Source of the DNA: Candidatus Saccharimonadota bacterium | GTDB taxonomy: Bacteria > Patescibacteriota > Saccharimonadia > UBA4664 | DNA: 64,000 nucleotides | Assembly (NCBI GenBank): GCA_019352195.1 | Contig: JACAFG010000002.1 | Span: 19,120 to 83,119 of the forward strand | Reading direction: 5' to 3' | Shown: positions 18,546 through 28,551 of the stretch, piece by piece | How positions within the stretch are numbered: position 1 is the first letter of the stretch | How the letters are laid out: the number at the start of each line of letters is the position of its first letter | The notes under the pieces: generated by a model | What the model saw: only the letters and a program-made list of their open reading frames with translations | Told to the model about the DNA's origin: nothing | Database searches by the model: none | Translations under genes and position numbers: made by a program

Positions 18546-18923
18546 CTAGCAAATGACCTCGATATGACCGTCATCGTAGGCTACCAGGAAGACCGGTGGC
18601 TCGATGCCATATTCGTCGGCCAAATCCAAGACAACATCGCGGAGTATCACATTGCCGAACTGCGTTCTCATCCAGGCGTCTTCGGACAAGACAACGGCGG
18701 CCATGGTGCGTTCAGTCCTGTCCAAGATGGACGTGGCCATAATTTGGGCTGTCTGGTCTTGCTTGTGTAGCGGGACGTCGGCGCAAGTCCATTGCTCAAT
18801 GGTCATTGATACTACGTATGTAATCACGACGTCATCTTCCTTGAGGAAGGTGACGAGCTGGGGTAGCTGGTCGGCGTTGATGCCAACTGCTATAAGTCGG
18901 ATGGACGTGGTGGTTGTCTTCAT
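18546..18923 (-). CDS. hypothetical protein (125 aa)
   Basis: Protein-like composition (MKTTTTSIRLIAVGINADQLPQLVTFL...). Upstream AT-rich divergent promoter region 18930..19090. Confidence 0.4.
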   Translation of the reverse strand: MKTTTTSIRLIAVGINADQLPQLVTFLKEDDVVITYVVSMTIEQWTCADVPLHKQDQTAQIMATSILDRTERTMAAVVLSEDAWMRTQFGNVILRDVVLDLADEYGIEPPVFLVAYDDGHIEVIC

Positions 18924-19091
18924 AACGGATCCTTAAGCTGCGTTCGTCGGGCGGCTCCCGATCGATTGCGACACATCATACTGCTTTTGCTCAATTATGT
19001 CAATATTAATATAGTTAATTTTGCAATTTGAATTCAATATTCTGTCACAATTTAACTTTACAAACATATTAAAACGTGCTAAATTTCAGTC

Positions 19092-19901
19092 ATGTCACCC
19101 GATTTACTCATCAAAATGGGGCTCACGCCTGCTCAGGCGCAAACGTATCTCGAACTTGTAAAAGCTGGCAGTTTGACGCCACCCAAGCTCGCGGTCGCCA
19201 TTAATGAGAGCCGGACGACGGCTTATATGGCGTTGGCTAGGTTGGAAGAAGTTGGCTTAGCCATTAAACAAAATGGTGCCAAAAAACAGACCTACGAACC
19301 GGCGAGCCCGTCGGCGCTAGAGAAGTTCTTATCTGATCGCCAACGCGATTTGGCCGAGACGGAGCGGGCCTATCGCGAGGCGCTGCCCAATTTGCTCAGC
19401 TATTACTACACCTATCGCGGTAAGCCCGGCGTACGATTTTTTGAGGGCGGTGATGGATTGGAAAAGCTGTATGAGGACATTTTGCGTACCCGAGCCGAGG
19501 TTGATATTGTTCGCACCCCGGCGGATGAGCTATATTTCGGTGATGGTCGTGATGGCAATACGATTCTCGGTAAATATCTCAACGCGCGGGCAGCATTAGG
19601 GATTGAGTCGCAACTCTTGGCGCCAGTGTTGCCGGGGCCAATGGTGTGGGCGAAGAGCAATGATGAACGGCTGAAGCGGGTGGTTACCTGGTATCCGCCA
19701 AAGGCCTATGAGTCGCCGGTTGAGGTCAATATTTATGGCAATAAAGTGTCGCTTATCTCATTTGGTGACGAGACGATTGGGACGATTATTGAAAGTCCCC
19801 AGATAGCGGCGGCGATGCGAGAGTTGTACGCTATGGCGCAGGTTGGGGCGCGGGCTTTGATGGCTGCGGCCGAATTGGATCAGAAAAGCTCGGATAAATA
19901 G
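19092..19901 (+). CDS. TrmB-family transcriptional regulator
   Basis: N-terminal wHTH (LGLTPAQAQTYLELVKAGSLTPPKLA) plus a C-terminal TrmB-like domain. 269 aa. Confidence 0.5.
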   Translation: MSPDLLIKMGLTPAQAQTYLELVKAGSLTPPKLAVAINESRTTAYMALARLEEVGLAIKQNGAKKQTYEPASPSALEKFLSDRQRDLAETERAYREALPNLLSYYYTYRGKPGVRFFEGGDGLEKLYEDILRTRAEVDIVRTPADELYFGDGRDGNTILGKYLNARAALGIESQLLAPVLPGPMVWAKSNDERLKRVVTWYPPKAYESPVEVNIYGNKVSLISFGDETIGTIIESPQIAAAMRELYAMAQVGARALMAAAELDQKSSDK

Positions 19902-19904
19902 CAA

Positions 19905-19950
19905 AAGGCCCACCGAATGTCCGCGCGGATGCGGAACAAATCGGTGGGCC
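19905..19950 (+). terminator. terminator-like hairpin after the TrmB-family gene
   Basis: ggcccaccga-N24-tcggtgggcc, a 10-bp stem. Confidence 0.45.
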
Positions 19951-19962
19951 CGTGAGAGCGAG

Positions 19963-20385
19963 GTGGTGTCGGCATGGCAGGGGCTGGGGTATAACCGACG
20001 TGGGTTGTGGCTCCATCGGGCGGCTGGGCAGATTGTAGGCCAGTTTGGTGGAGTGATACCGCGCGATCCGGCCGAACTCGTTACGTTACCGGGAATTGGG
20101 CCCAATACAGCTGGTTCGATCGCAGCATTTGCGTACAATTTGCCCGTAGTATTTATAGAAACCAATATTCGGCGCGTGTTTATCCACGAGTTTTTCCCGA
20201 ATGTCGATCATGCTCCGATGGGTCGTGTGGCGACGGTTACCCGCCCGATCTCGACTACACGGAATCTGCGGCGCGACCCAGAGCCCTCTTTGGTTGTATC
20301 CGGAGTCACGGGCGTACGCGACGATCAATTATTACCGTTAATTGAGGCTAGCTTAGACCCCGATGAGCCGAGACAGTGGTACTAG
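19963..20385 (+). pseudogene. remnant of an A/G-specific adenine glycosylase (MutY/HhH-GPD); only the central HhH segment is intact
   Basis: AWQGLGYNRRGLWLHRAAGQIVGQFGGVIPRDPAELVTLPGIGPNTAGSIAAFAY aligns to MutY WSGLGYYARARNLH...LPGVGRSTAGAI. No N-terminal roughly 45 aa. Downstream sequence loses similarity and the 4Fe-4S Cys loop is absent in all frames. Confidence 0.5.
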
Positions 20386-20391
20386 GCTCTC

Positions 20392-20643
20392 ATGGATTAC
20401 GGGAGCTGGCTGGCTTCCCAAGTGCCTAATCCCAACCGCCGTAGCCAGCATTACGCGGTGCAGAGCACGTTTGAAGGCTCGGCGAGGCAGGTACGAGGTG
20501 AACTGTTGCGTCGGGTACTGGTGGGGCCGATGACAACCGCTGAAATTGAGGCTATTGATACGAGAGCGCCGGCCTTGGCCGCCCAACTTGTGAAAGAGGG
20601 CTTTTTGATGGTAGCAGCCGGTTGCTTCCAGATGGTACGATGA
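20392..20643 (+). CDS. hypothetical small protein (83 aa)
   Basis: ORF with winged-helix-like segment LRRVLVGPMTTAEIEAID. Uncertain. Confidence 0.3.
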   Translation: MDYGSWLASQVPNPNRRSQHYAVQSTFEGSARQVRGELLRRVLVGPMTTAEIEAIDTRAPALAAQLVKEGFLMVAAGCFQMVR

Positions 20644-20647
20644 ATCA

Positions 20648-21052
20648 ATGGCTGGATACTCTACGCGCAGTTTGCGCGACAAATTGGGACTCAAAAGTGG
20701 CATGCGGGCAGCGCTTGTGCGGCTACCTGAGGCGGTAAAAACCGAACTTGGTGAACTGGATGATGTAAAACCACTAAAACAGGTGGGCGGCGTCCCGTTT
20801 GATTTTATTTTGACGTTTATTTCAAGCGTGGAGCAATTGGAAGCAGTCTTGCCCAATCTCAAACTGCATCTGAAATCTGATGGTCAGCTGTGGTTGGCCT
20901 GGGCTAAACGGACGTCACCGCTGCACTCTGGGATTGATGAAAACCTTATCCGTCGGCACGGTTTGGCGGTTGGCCTGGTGGACGTTAAAGTGGCGGCTCT
21001 TACTAGTGATTGGAGTGGATTGAAGTTTGTTTACCGGGTGAGCGACCGGTAA
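20648..21052 (+). CDS. DUF3052-family protein
   Basis: MAGYS...LGLKSGMRAALV...FDFILTFISS...LWLAWAKRTS...DENLIRRHGLAVGLVDVKVAALTSDWSGLKFVYR matches the DUF3052 signature. Confidence 0.65.
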   Translation: MAGYSTRSLRDKLGLKSGMRAALVRLPEAVKTELGELDDVKPLKQVGGVPFDFILTFISSVEQLEAVLPNLKLHLKSDGQLWLAWAKRTSPLHSGIDENLIRRHGLAVGLVDVKVAALTSDWSGLKFVYRVSDR

Positions 21053-21774
21053 TTAGACGACGGCAGCATGGCGAAATTGCCGATTGAGCAAGCAGACAGT
21101 GGCTATAAGGATCATGGCAAACATGAGGATGATAAACGGAGCTACGCCAGGAATGAGGCCAACGGCAACAAGGGCGCCACTAGCGTAGGTTAAGGCGCGA
21201 CCTGAATACGCTGGTCGGGTGGTAGTTTGACGTAAGCCTAGCAAGAGAGCGGCAACAGCCGCGCCCCCAAACAGCAGTGATGGCCCCGGGGCGGCGATAA
21301 CCGTGGCGGCGAGTCTTGTGAGGCCAAAGCTGGGTGAAAATGACACCAGGACGAGACCAACCGCCAGCCAGCCGATGACGGGGCTACTCGAGGGGGCTGC
21401 GGCGGCGTTGGAACTAGCCGGCGCAAGAGATGGAAAGCAAAAACTGGATACAGGCTACACTGAAGCCGGATAAGGCTCGTAATGAGGTCGTCTTGTGGTC
21501 GAATAACGTAACTTGCTAGCTCTCCGTGGAGTAAGCCGGTAATCAAAACTGAATAGAGCGCAAAATTAACGAGGATAAGTCCGGTATTACTTAGGTGGTA
21601 ACGGTGGCTCAAACTGTCGAGCAAGCGGAAATAACCGAGATACAGAAAGGCCAAAACGATGAAGCCGGGCACGGTATATAAGCCGTTGCTCGCACCGACC
21701 GTTACTTCACCGACCAAAATGAGTAATAATGCCGCACCGAGAAGGTTGTACTTGGAAAAGAGGCGCGCTAGCAT
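21053..21774 (-). pseudogene. polytopic membrane protein, apparently disrupted by a frameshift
   Basis: Two overlapping minus-strand ORFs (21238..21774 and 21053..21346) each carry hydrophobic helices in part of their length and compositional noise elsewhere. The junction lies near 21350..21460. Confidence 0.35.
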
Positions 21775-21839
21775 GCGGTTATTATAGCGTAGCGAGGCGG
21801 GTGATTGTTTGATCGACGGTAGACCGGTAAAATTCCCCC

Positions 21840-22844
21840 ATGTATGAAAGTCTCCACAACCACACGCTGATTTCCGACGGCTCGCAAACTCATTTGGAGG
21901 TATTGGCCAGCGCTCAGGCGGCTGGTTTCGGGGTGATCGCCTTTACTGATCATGACGTGTTTCCTGATACGGCGACGCAAAAACAGCTCCATGATTATGT
22001 CGGGCCAGTGAAGTGGCTCTTGGGGATTGAGTTGTCATGTGGATTGCCAACTGAGCTGGGCGGGAGCGATAAGGGTAATTTGCACGTGCTGGGGTACTTT
22101 TGTGATCCAGACGAGCCCACTTTGAAGGCTTATCTTAAGAATTTGAGCGAGAGCCGGTACGTGCGCATGCGGCGCCAACTTAAGCAAATTAATGAACTTG
22201 GTTTTGATTTAACCGAGAAACAGGTATTGGATGTAGCCGGAATCAGCGCCCCGGGGTCGTTCCATGTGGTGAAGGCATTACTGCAGCTGCCAACGAGCGC
22301 GGGCTTGATCGAACAGCTGCGCCAACAGATGGAGGTAGCGGCTGAGACTGATCCGGAAGTGGCCAAACGCTATAGCAAAATGATGGCCAGTGGGCCGGTT
22401 CAATATCCCTATACGCTGTTTATGCAGTCGAGCTCGTTTATTCCGATGCCACAGGATACGCAGGGTAACGCCATGGTGGATATGGACGCGGCAGTAAAAC
22501 TCATCCGAGGGGCGGGAGGCGTGGCAATGGTGGCCCACTGGTACTTTCAGGAGGATAAATTCTCGCGTTCATATCTGGAGCGGGCGTTGGCGGACGGTCG
22601 TTTGGACGGCGTGGAAACGGCGGTTTTTAACACTCAAAATGGTGACGCCGACTGTACTGACGCCATCAACTATCTGGTAACATTGGCCGAGACGAATAAT
22701 TACGCTCAGGTTATGGGGATCGATGGCCATTATGAGCGTGATTTTGAGATCTTTAAGGCCTCAGGCCAGGCCGAACGGTCAATTGGTCAAACTAAGGCCT
22801 TAATTAAGCGATTTTCACCTAATTTAACCGAAAGCAATTATTGA
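21840..22844 (+). CDS. PHP-domain phosphoesterase, TrpH/YciV (RNase AM)-like, paralog 1
   Basis: MYESLHNHTLISDGS...AFTDHD PHP motifs. 334 aa. Confidence 0.65.
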   Translation: MYESLHNHTLISDGSQTHLEVLASAQAAGFGVIAFTDHDVFPDTATQKQLHDYVGPVKWLLGIELSCGLPTELGGSDKGNLHVLGYFCDPDEPTLKAYLKNLSESRYVRMRRQLKQINELGFDLTEKQVLDVAGISAPGSFHVVKALLQLPTSAGLIEQLRQQMEVAAETDPEVAKRYSKMMASGPVQYPYTLFMQSSSFIPMPQDTQGNAMVDMDAAVKLIRGAGGVAMVAHWYFQEDKFSRSYLERALADGRLDGVETAVFNTQNGDADCTDAINYLVTLAETNNYAQVMGIDGHYERDFEIFKASGQAERSIGQTKALIKRFSPNLTESNY

Positions 22845-23854
22845 TGTACGAATCGCTTCACAATCACACTATTACGTCCGACGGCAGCCAAACTTATCTG
22901 GAGGTGCTGGAAACGGCGCACGAATTTGGCTTTAAGGTGGTAGCTTTTACCGACCACGACGCGTTACCGGACGAAGCGGGACTTAAAGCCTTGGCCTATT
23001 ACGATGGACCGGTAAAGTGGCTATTGGGGTGCGAAATCTCGAGTGGATTGCCTAAAGAACTGGGCGGTGGACCAACAGGATCGCTGCACGTGTTGGGTTT
23101 GTTTACGGATCCCGATAACGAAGCGCTGCGCGAACACTGCCGCCGGGCACAAGAAGCACGTACCGAACGTATGGAGCAAATGGTAGCTAACTTGCAGCGT
23201 GTCGGACTAACGATTAGTGTGAAGGATTGTTTGGCACAGTCGGGCGGTGAAAGTGTCGGTAGGCTTCATATTGCCACCGCCATTTTGGCCAACGAGGAAA
23301 ACGGTCCGGTAATCGACCAAATGGTGGCTGACATGGCAGAAGCCGCCAAGTCCGATCCAGCGGTCGCGATGCACTACATGCGCCTGATGGAACGTGATCG
23401 CACCGATTACCCGTTCCAGCTGTTTTTGTCGCAGGATTCATTTATCCAGGGCGTGTATGTTGATTATCTGTATAACGTCGATTTTGATGATTCGGTTAAG
23501 CTGATTCGTGATGCCGGCGGGGTGGCAGTCATTGCGCACTGGTTTACGATTGCGAACTCGATTGATTTGGCGATGCTTGAGGGCATGTTAAAAGACGGCC
23601 GTATCGACGGCATCGAAATTATGGGCAAGCCCAACAACGGCGATGCCCAAAAAGCTGCACCTAAGCTACGTGAGCTGGCCGCTAAAACTGGGTGCCTGGC
23701 CACGTACGGGGTAGACGGCCATAGTTTTGGGCAAATGCGAACCTTTAGCTCCGATCGTAATTTGTGCGATGAAACAATTGGTCAGACGCAGGACCTCATA
23801 AAACGCTTTAAGCCCGACTTGGGCTGGACCAACTTCGAAGACGGCCTGAAATAA
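22841..23854 (+). CDS. PHP-domain phosphoesterase, TrpH/YciV-like, paralog 2 (tandem duplicate)
   Basis: MMYESLHNHTITSDGS...AFTDHD; collinear with paralog 1. ATGA overlap. Confidence 0.65.
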   Translation: MMYESLHNHTITSDGSQTYLEVLETAHEFGFKVVAFTDHDALPDEAGLKALAYYDGPVKWLLGCEISSGLPKELGGGPTGSLHVLGLFTDPDNEALREHCRRAQEARTERMEQMVANLQRVGLTISVKDCLAQSGGESVGRLHIATAILANEENGPVIDQMVADMAEAAKSDPAVAMHYMRLMERDRTDYPFQLFLSQDSFIQGVYVDYLYNVDFDDSVKLIRDAGGVAVIAHWFTIANSIDLAMLEGMLKDGRIDGIEIMGKPNNGDAQKAAPKLRELAAKTGCLATYGVDGHSFGQMRTFSSDRNLCDETIGQTQDLIKRFKPDLGWTNFEDGLK

Positions 23855-23956
23855 TTCGCTAGTTTTAATCTAGTAATATTAAGTAACATATATGCTATAA
23901 TCGAGTCTACGGCTGGCCCATAGGGGGTTAGTCGACGTTCTTTGTGAGGAGGATAT

Positions 23957-24142
23957 ATGCTTGACGATTCCCTGCATGTGGCAACCGTCCTAGAGGCGAA
24001 AGCTGCTTACGACGAGGCCATGCGCCGCCACGACGGCGATTTTGGCCATGATGATGTGTTGGTAGCTGCGGCACAGCTGAGGCGCGCACGCGATGCTGCC
24101 AACTCGTCATCGGGCCAGCGGTCAGTAGATTGCCTGATGTAG
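23957..24142 (+). CDS. hypothetical small protein (61 aa)
   Basis: GAGGAGG RBS 4 nt upstream and a TATAAT -10 at 23896..23901. Alanine-rich helical peptide. Confidence 0.4.
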   Translation: MLDDSLHVATVLEAKAAYDEAMRRHDGDFGHDDVLVAAAQLRRARDAANSSSGQRSVDCLM

Positions 24143-24453
24143 CACCCCAAAGATTGCGGGCAATCCGGTCCGTAATTCGTTTTTCTCGTACATCACGAAG
24201 GATGTGACCGGAAGTGGCTCGCTCGCCCAAATGCTCCATGTGCGGTACCGTGCTTGATCAAGCATCACGGCAACGATTGAGGCCGCTGGTGTATTTAGCG
24301 GTCGACAATTCAATCGCCTCCACGGTCCGTGCTGGCATGAAGTGGACCAAATCAATTGCACGAAAACATGACCGGCAAAGCCCTCGCACTGTAATGGTGC
24401 GGGGGTTCGCCTTTTGTTCGCATATATCAGATGGAGAGTAGTATAATTAGGGT

Positions 24454-26238
24454 ATGGATGAGCGGACAGAAATAAAGGAACGGCTGTCGATTACCGAGGT
24501 GGTGTCAGCTTATTTGCCGCTCAAGCAAGCCGGACGCAGCCTGAAAGCGCCGTGCCCGTTTCATCAGGAAAAGTCAGCTAGCTTCATGGTTAATCCCGAG
24601 CGGGGAATTTATCACTGCTTCGGGTGCAATGAGGGCGGAGATATCTTTAGTTTTGTCATGAAGATGGAAGGGCTCAGTTTTCCTGAGGCGCTCGAAAAAT
24701 TGGCAAGACAGGCTGGAGTTGAGCTGAAAGCCAAGCGTCCGGAAGACACGGCGGCCTCGGCCAAGCGGGTGAGATTATATACCGCGCACGAGTTAGCGGT
24801 GCGGTACTTTCAGGCTTCGCTCGTCAAGAACCCTAAAGCCCTCGAATACATCATAAAAAAGCGCGGCCTGACACGTCAGACGGTGAAGGATTTTCAGATC
24901 GGTTATGCACCCGACTCGTGGAATGCACTAACTGATTTCTTGGCCAGTAAGGGTTATACATATTCTGAACTGTTGGAAGCGGGTTTGGCGGGTCAGAAAG
25001 AAGGACGTCAAACAGTTTACGACTTGTTTCGCGGGCGAATTATGTTTCCTATTACGGATCGCGACGGCCGCCCGATTGGCTTCACGGCGCGCGTACTCGA
25101 CGACAGTTTGCCGAAATATCTTAATACTCCCCAGACACCGCTGTATGATAAAAGTCGGGCTATTTTTGGACAGTTTTTGGCGCGAGATGCGATTCGGGCC
25201 AATGATGAAGTAGTGCTCGTAGAAGGCAATATGGACGTGGTGGCGAGCCATCAGGCCGATGTGAAGCAAGTGGTGGCGGCTAGCGGTACGGCGCTGACCT
25301 TGGACCAGCTGCGCACGCTTAGTAAACTGACCAAAAATATTAAGCTGGCCTTTGACACCGACCGCGCGGGTCTCGCCGCTACCGAACGCGCCATTGAGCT
25401 CGGGGGCCAGTTGGGTCTAACGCTGCGGATGGTGGTGATTGAGGGCGCTAAAGACGCCGATGAACTCATTAGTAAAGATGTGAGTGCTTGGTCGGCGGCC
25501 ATAGCTAATGCCAAGTATATTGTTGACTATTTATTTGACCGCTTTGCCACTGATTACGACCTTACTTCGGCGATTGGTAAGCGCCAGTACACCGATCGGC
25601 TAGCTATTACGTTGCGTCGCTTGGGCGATCCAGTGGAGCAAAACCATTATGTAAGGCGGCTGGCTGAAGCAACCGACACGAGCGAAGAAGCGATTCGCGC
25701 CAAAATGGAGCAAGCCCAGGAGCGGCCATCGTCGAGCCGCACACCAAAAACTGCGGTCACGTCAAACGCTGCTGGGTCGTTACCGGCAACGGGTGCTCCG
25801 GTACGTCTAACTAAGGCGCATAAAAATCGTAACCAGCGCGAAGACGAATTGTTGGCCATTTGTTTGTATGAGCCGCTGGCGCGGATTGCGCTGGAAGATC
25901 TCACTAGCGAGCATTTTAGCCGACCAGAGAGCCAAGAGCTGTACCTAATGCTGTCTGAGCACACGCACGATAATCCAGATCAAATAATTGGTGCGCTGGG
26001 TGACCCGGCCTATGGGTCGCAGTGCATTTTTTATGCGGAGCGCATGTTTGGCGGGTACGAACGGCGTGAATTGCCGGAGAAAGCTTTTAAATCAGCCGAC
26101 CGTTTGCAAGACGTGGTGGAAGAAGTCTGGCGCGAAGAAATTAACCGCGAGCTCGAAACAGCCGAGCGTGACGGTGACGAGGCGGCTTGGACCCGCCTGA
26201 TGACACGGTTAAACGCGATGAATCAGCGCAAAGCGTAG
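24454..26238 (+). CDS. dnaG: DNA primase
   Basis: CHC2 zinc finger (CPFHQEKSASF...HCFGCNEGGD), TOPRIM (VLVEGNMDV). 594 aa. Confidence 0.9.
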   Translation: MDERTEIKERLSITEVVSAYLPLKQAGRSLKAPCPFHQEKSASFMVNPERGIYHCFGCNEGGDIFSFVMKMEGLSFPEALEKLARQAGVELKAKRPEDTAASAKRVRLYTAHELAVRYFQASLVKNPKALEYIIKKRGLTRQTVKDFQIGYAPDSWNALTDFLASKGYTYSELLEAGLAGQKEGRQTVYDLFRGRIMFPITDRDGRPIGFTARVLDDSLPKYLNTPQTPLYDKSRAIFGQFLARDAIRANDEVVLVEGNMDVVASHQADVKQVVAASGTALTLDQLRTLSKLTKNIKLAFDTDRAGLAATERAIELGGQLGLTLRMVVIEGAKDADELISKDVSAWSAAIANAKYIVDYLFDRFATDYDLTSAIGKRQYTDRLAITLRRLGDPVEQNHYVRRLAEATDTSEEAIRAKMEQAQERPSSSRTPKTAVTSNAAGSLPATGAPVRLTKAHKNRNQREDELLAICLYEPLARIALEDLTSEHFSRPESQELYLMLSEHTHDNPDQIIGALGDPAYGSQCIFYAERMFGGYERRELPEKAFKSADRLQDVVEEVWREEINRELETAERDGDEAAWTRLMTRLNAMNQRKA

Positions 26239-26491
26239 ACATTTTTTGTCGGTGCTGGCCAAAGCTCCAACAGATTGACGAGCGGTAAATAATTAGGTAA
26301 GATAGGTTCATTGGGGCGGCATCGGCTGTGCTCCAGCAGACCACGGTTACGAGGCTTCGAACCGAATTGACGGCTGCAAACGTTACCCTCGCCCGAAATG
26401 TTAAATACATGTGCGACCCGATCCACACGAAGTCAGTCTAGCTGGCGGAGTGTTTTTGTGCGTAAATGTATGTAAATGCAGGAGAAGTATT

Positions 26492-27595
26492 TTGCCCAGA
26501 AAAGCTGTTGAAACCGAAGAAACTGCTGACCAAAGTAGCGTATCGCCCGAAGTTGCTCGCTTAATTGCCAAAGGCAAAGAGCAGGGTTACGTTACGCAGC
26601 AAGAAATTGCCTCTGTTTTGCCCGAAGCCGAAGAGAACCTCGAAGAGCTCGACGAGCTCTATGCGGCGTTGCTCGAGCAAGGTGTTGAAATCACCGACCA
26701 GAAAGATTCGCTCATCTGGGACAAAGAAGAAGAAGAAGCCGATACCGGCGATGACTATATAAAAGATATCGCCGACGACTCGGTACGATTGTACTTGCGC
26801 GAGATTGGTAAAATCCCGTTGCTTACTGGTGAACAGGAAGTGATGCTGGCCAAGCGCATTGAAGCGGGCGACAAGGGTGCCAAAGACGCCATGGCTGAGG
26901 CCAACATGCGTCTTGTGGTGTCGATTGCCAAAAAGTACATTGGCCGCGGCTTGGACTTGTTGGACTTAATCCAAGAAGGTAACACCGGCCTGCTCCGCGC
27001 TGTGGAGAAGTTTGACTATACCAAGGGCTACAAGTTCTCGACGTATGCCACCTGGTGGATTCGTCAGGCTATTACGCGCGCCATTGCCGACCAAGCTCGC
27101 ACCATCCGTATTCCCGTGCACATGGTTGAAACCATTAATAAGCTCATTCGTACCCAGCGCCGCTTGGTTCAGGAACTAGGCCGCGAACCGCTGCCGGAAG
27201 AAATTGCGGCCGAGATGGAAATGGATGTTGAGAAAGTTAATCACATCCTCAAGATCAAGCAGGACATCGTGTCGCTTGAGGCGCCGGTGGGCGAAGAGGA
27301 AGACTCTCAACTGGGCGACTTTATTGCCGACGAAGATAGTTTGACGCCGGAAGAAGCCGCCACGCACCAGTTGCTTAAAGAGCACGTCAATCAGGTGTTG
27401 GCTTTGCTGACGCCGCGCGAGCAAAAGATTTTGCGTATGCGATTTGGTCTCGAAGATGGCCGTAGTCACACGCTTGAAGAAGTTGGTCAGGAATTTGGCG
27501 TGACGCGCGAGCGCATTCGCCAGATTGAGGCTAAAGCTTTGGCGAAACTGCGTAAGCACCGCGAAAGCAAGAAACTCAAGGATTACCTGCGGTAA
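26492..27595 (+). CDS. rpoD: RNA polymerase sigma factor RpoD (sigma-70)
   Basis: Regions 1.2 to 4.2 ([55 protein letters not shown]). Six-frame ORF begins at 26411. TTG at 26492 follows a GGAGAAG RBS; start uncertain. Confidence 0.85.
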   Translation: MPRKAVETEETADQSSVSPEVARLIAKGKEQGYVTQQEIASVLPEAEENLEELDELYAALLEQGVEITDQKDSLIWDKEEEEADTGDDYIKDIADDSVRLYLREIGKIPLLTGEQEVMLAKRIEAGDKGAKDAMAEANMRLVVSIAKKYIGRGLDLLDLIQEGNTGLLRAVEKFDYTKGYKFSTYATWWIRQAITRAIADQARTIRIPVHMVETINKLIRTQRRLVQELGREPLPEEIAAEMEMDVEKVNHILKIKQDIVSLEAPVGEEEDSQLGDFIADEDSLTPEEAATHQLLKEHVNQVLALLTPREQKILRMRFGLEDGRSHTLEEVGQEFGVTRERIRQIEAKALAKLRKHRESKKLKDYLR

Positions 27596-27603
27596 TCTGA
27601 GCG

Positions 27604-27649
27604 ATATAATATCAAAAAGAGCCCAGTGGGGCTCTTTTTGATATTATAT
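27604..27649. terminator. bidirectional intrinsic terminator (21-bp perfect palindrome with A- and T-tracts)
   Basis: atataatatcaaaaagagccc-agtg-gggctctttttgatattatat. Confidence 0.75.
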
Positions 27650-27668
27650 CTGTTAGGAGATCACGTAA

Positions 27669-28299
27669 GTGGGAAATGACGCATACAAATGGGTCCGTAA
27701 GAATGATGAGGAAATTATTCTCCGTTTTGCTGATCCAAGGATAATAAGGCCAGTTGAAAATCCAATTACTTTTTTATGGCTGGCTCGCCCGGCGCCGGTA
27801 AGACTGAATGGGCACGTTCATTGATCGTCAACCTCGCAAATGACAAAGAAGAACCGACAGAGTTTGTTCACATAGACCCTGACGAAATAAGAAAGCTATT
27901 TGATGGCTATAATGGCACAAATGTTTCGGAATTTACTCGAGCAACTAGTACTGCGGTAGGACGTATTCTTGATCGGACAAATCGTCTTGGACAAAACGTC
28001 ATTGTCGACGGGACCTTATCCAGGTATGATGCCGTGGCGAAAGACGTTGATTCTTATATAGGAAACATGGTCGGAGCACAGTAATTTTCTTTGTATACCA
28101 AAAGCCGGAATTAGCTTGGTATTTCACGAAGGCAAGGGCAGCTGACCCTGAAGACGGGCGCGTTGTTGATAAGCTGACATCGATTGCCGCATACGTGTAG
28201 TCTATCCAAAATGCCAACGCCTTAAAGCGTAAATACGGATCACATATACAACTTCATATCATTGAAAAAGATGCGTTGAATAGGGTAAAAAAGGTTTAA
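27669..28299 (+). pseudogene. zeta-toxin-like / AAA_33-type P-loop kinase gene, degraded by two frameshifts and one in-frame TAG
   Basis: GTG at 27669 after an aggaga RBS gives MGNDAYKWVRKNDEEIILRFADPRIIRPVENPITF. A T6 run at 27770..27775 shifts frame into MAGSPGAGKTEWARSLIV... (Walker A), continuing to 28084. Protein-like continuation lies in a third frame from 28087 (FFVYQKPELAWYFTKARAADPEDGRVVDKLTSIAAYV). An in-frame TAG at 28198 is followed by SIQNANALKRKYGSHIQLHIIEKDALNRVKKV, ending at 28299. Confidence 0.5.
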
Positions 28300-28316
28300 T
28301 TTTAATAAACACACTA

Positions 28317-28345
28317 TTGACAACTATGTTGAAAAAGTCTATAGT
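28317..28345 (+). promoter_or_regulatory. near-consensus sigma70 promoter (TTGACA, 17-nt spacer, TATAGT) for the small basic-protein gene
   Basis: TTGACAactatgttgaaaaagtcTATAGT. Confidence 0.6.
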
Positions 28346-28370
28346 ATTAATTAATTGGAGGAACTAATTA

Positions 28371-28544
28371 ATGTTTAATCTCTTGAAAAAAGATAAACCA
28401 AAAAAGAAGAACCTTCTGGAATTGCCAGCAGCTAAACAAAAGAAGAGTTACAAAGAAGCAGCCGATAGATCAATAGACATGCAAGTGGAGGTTGTGAACA
28501 AATATAAAAATGCGCTTGGCGAAAAAATCGAGCGTAATAGATAG
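28371..28544 (+). CDS. small lysine-rich basic protein (57 aa), unknown function
   Basis: Complete expression unit: promoter 28317..28345, GGAGG RBS (28357..28361), ATG, intrinsic terminator 28552..28573. MFNLLKKDKPKKKNLLELPAAKQKKSYKEAADRSIDMQVEVVNKYKNALGEKIERNR. Confidence 0.5.
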   Translation: MFNLLKKDKPKKKNLLELPAAKQKKSYKEAADRSIDMQVEVVNKYKNALGEKIERNR

Positions 28545-28551
28545 CTAAACT

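Noticed and set aside
18051-18770. 239-aa + strand ORF
   Set aside because: It is antisense to the lipoprotein and 125-aa genes, and its sequence is Gly/Arg/Ala-rich.
24150-24200. SRP (4.5S) RNA-like segment (GACCGGAAG)
   Set aside because: It matches only 9 nt of the SRP domain IV consensus, and no flanking helix 8 structure is present.
26330-26400. tRNA-like T-arm (ggcttcgaacc) upstream of rpoD
   Set aside because: No acceptor stem, D-arm or anticodon arm could be folded.
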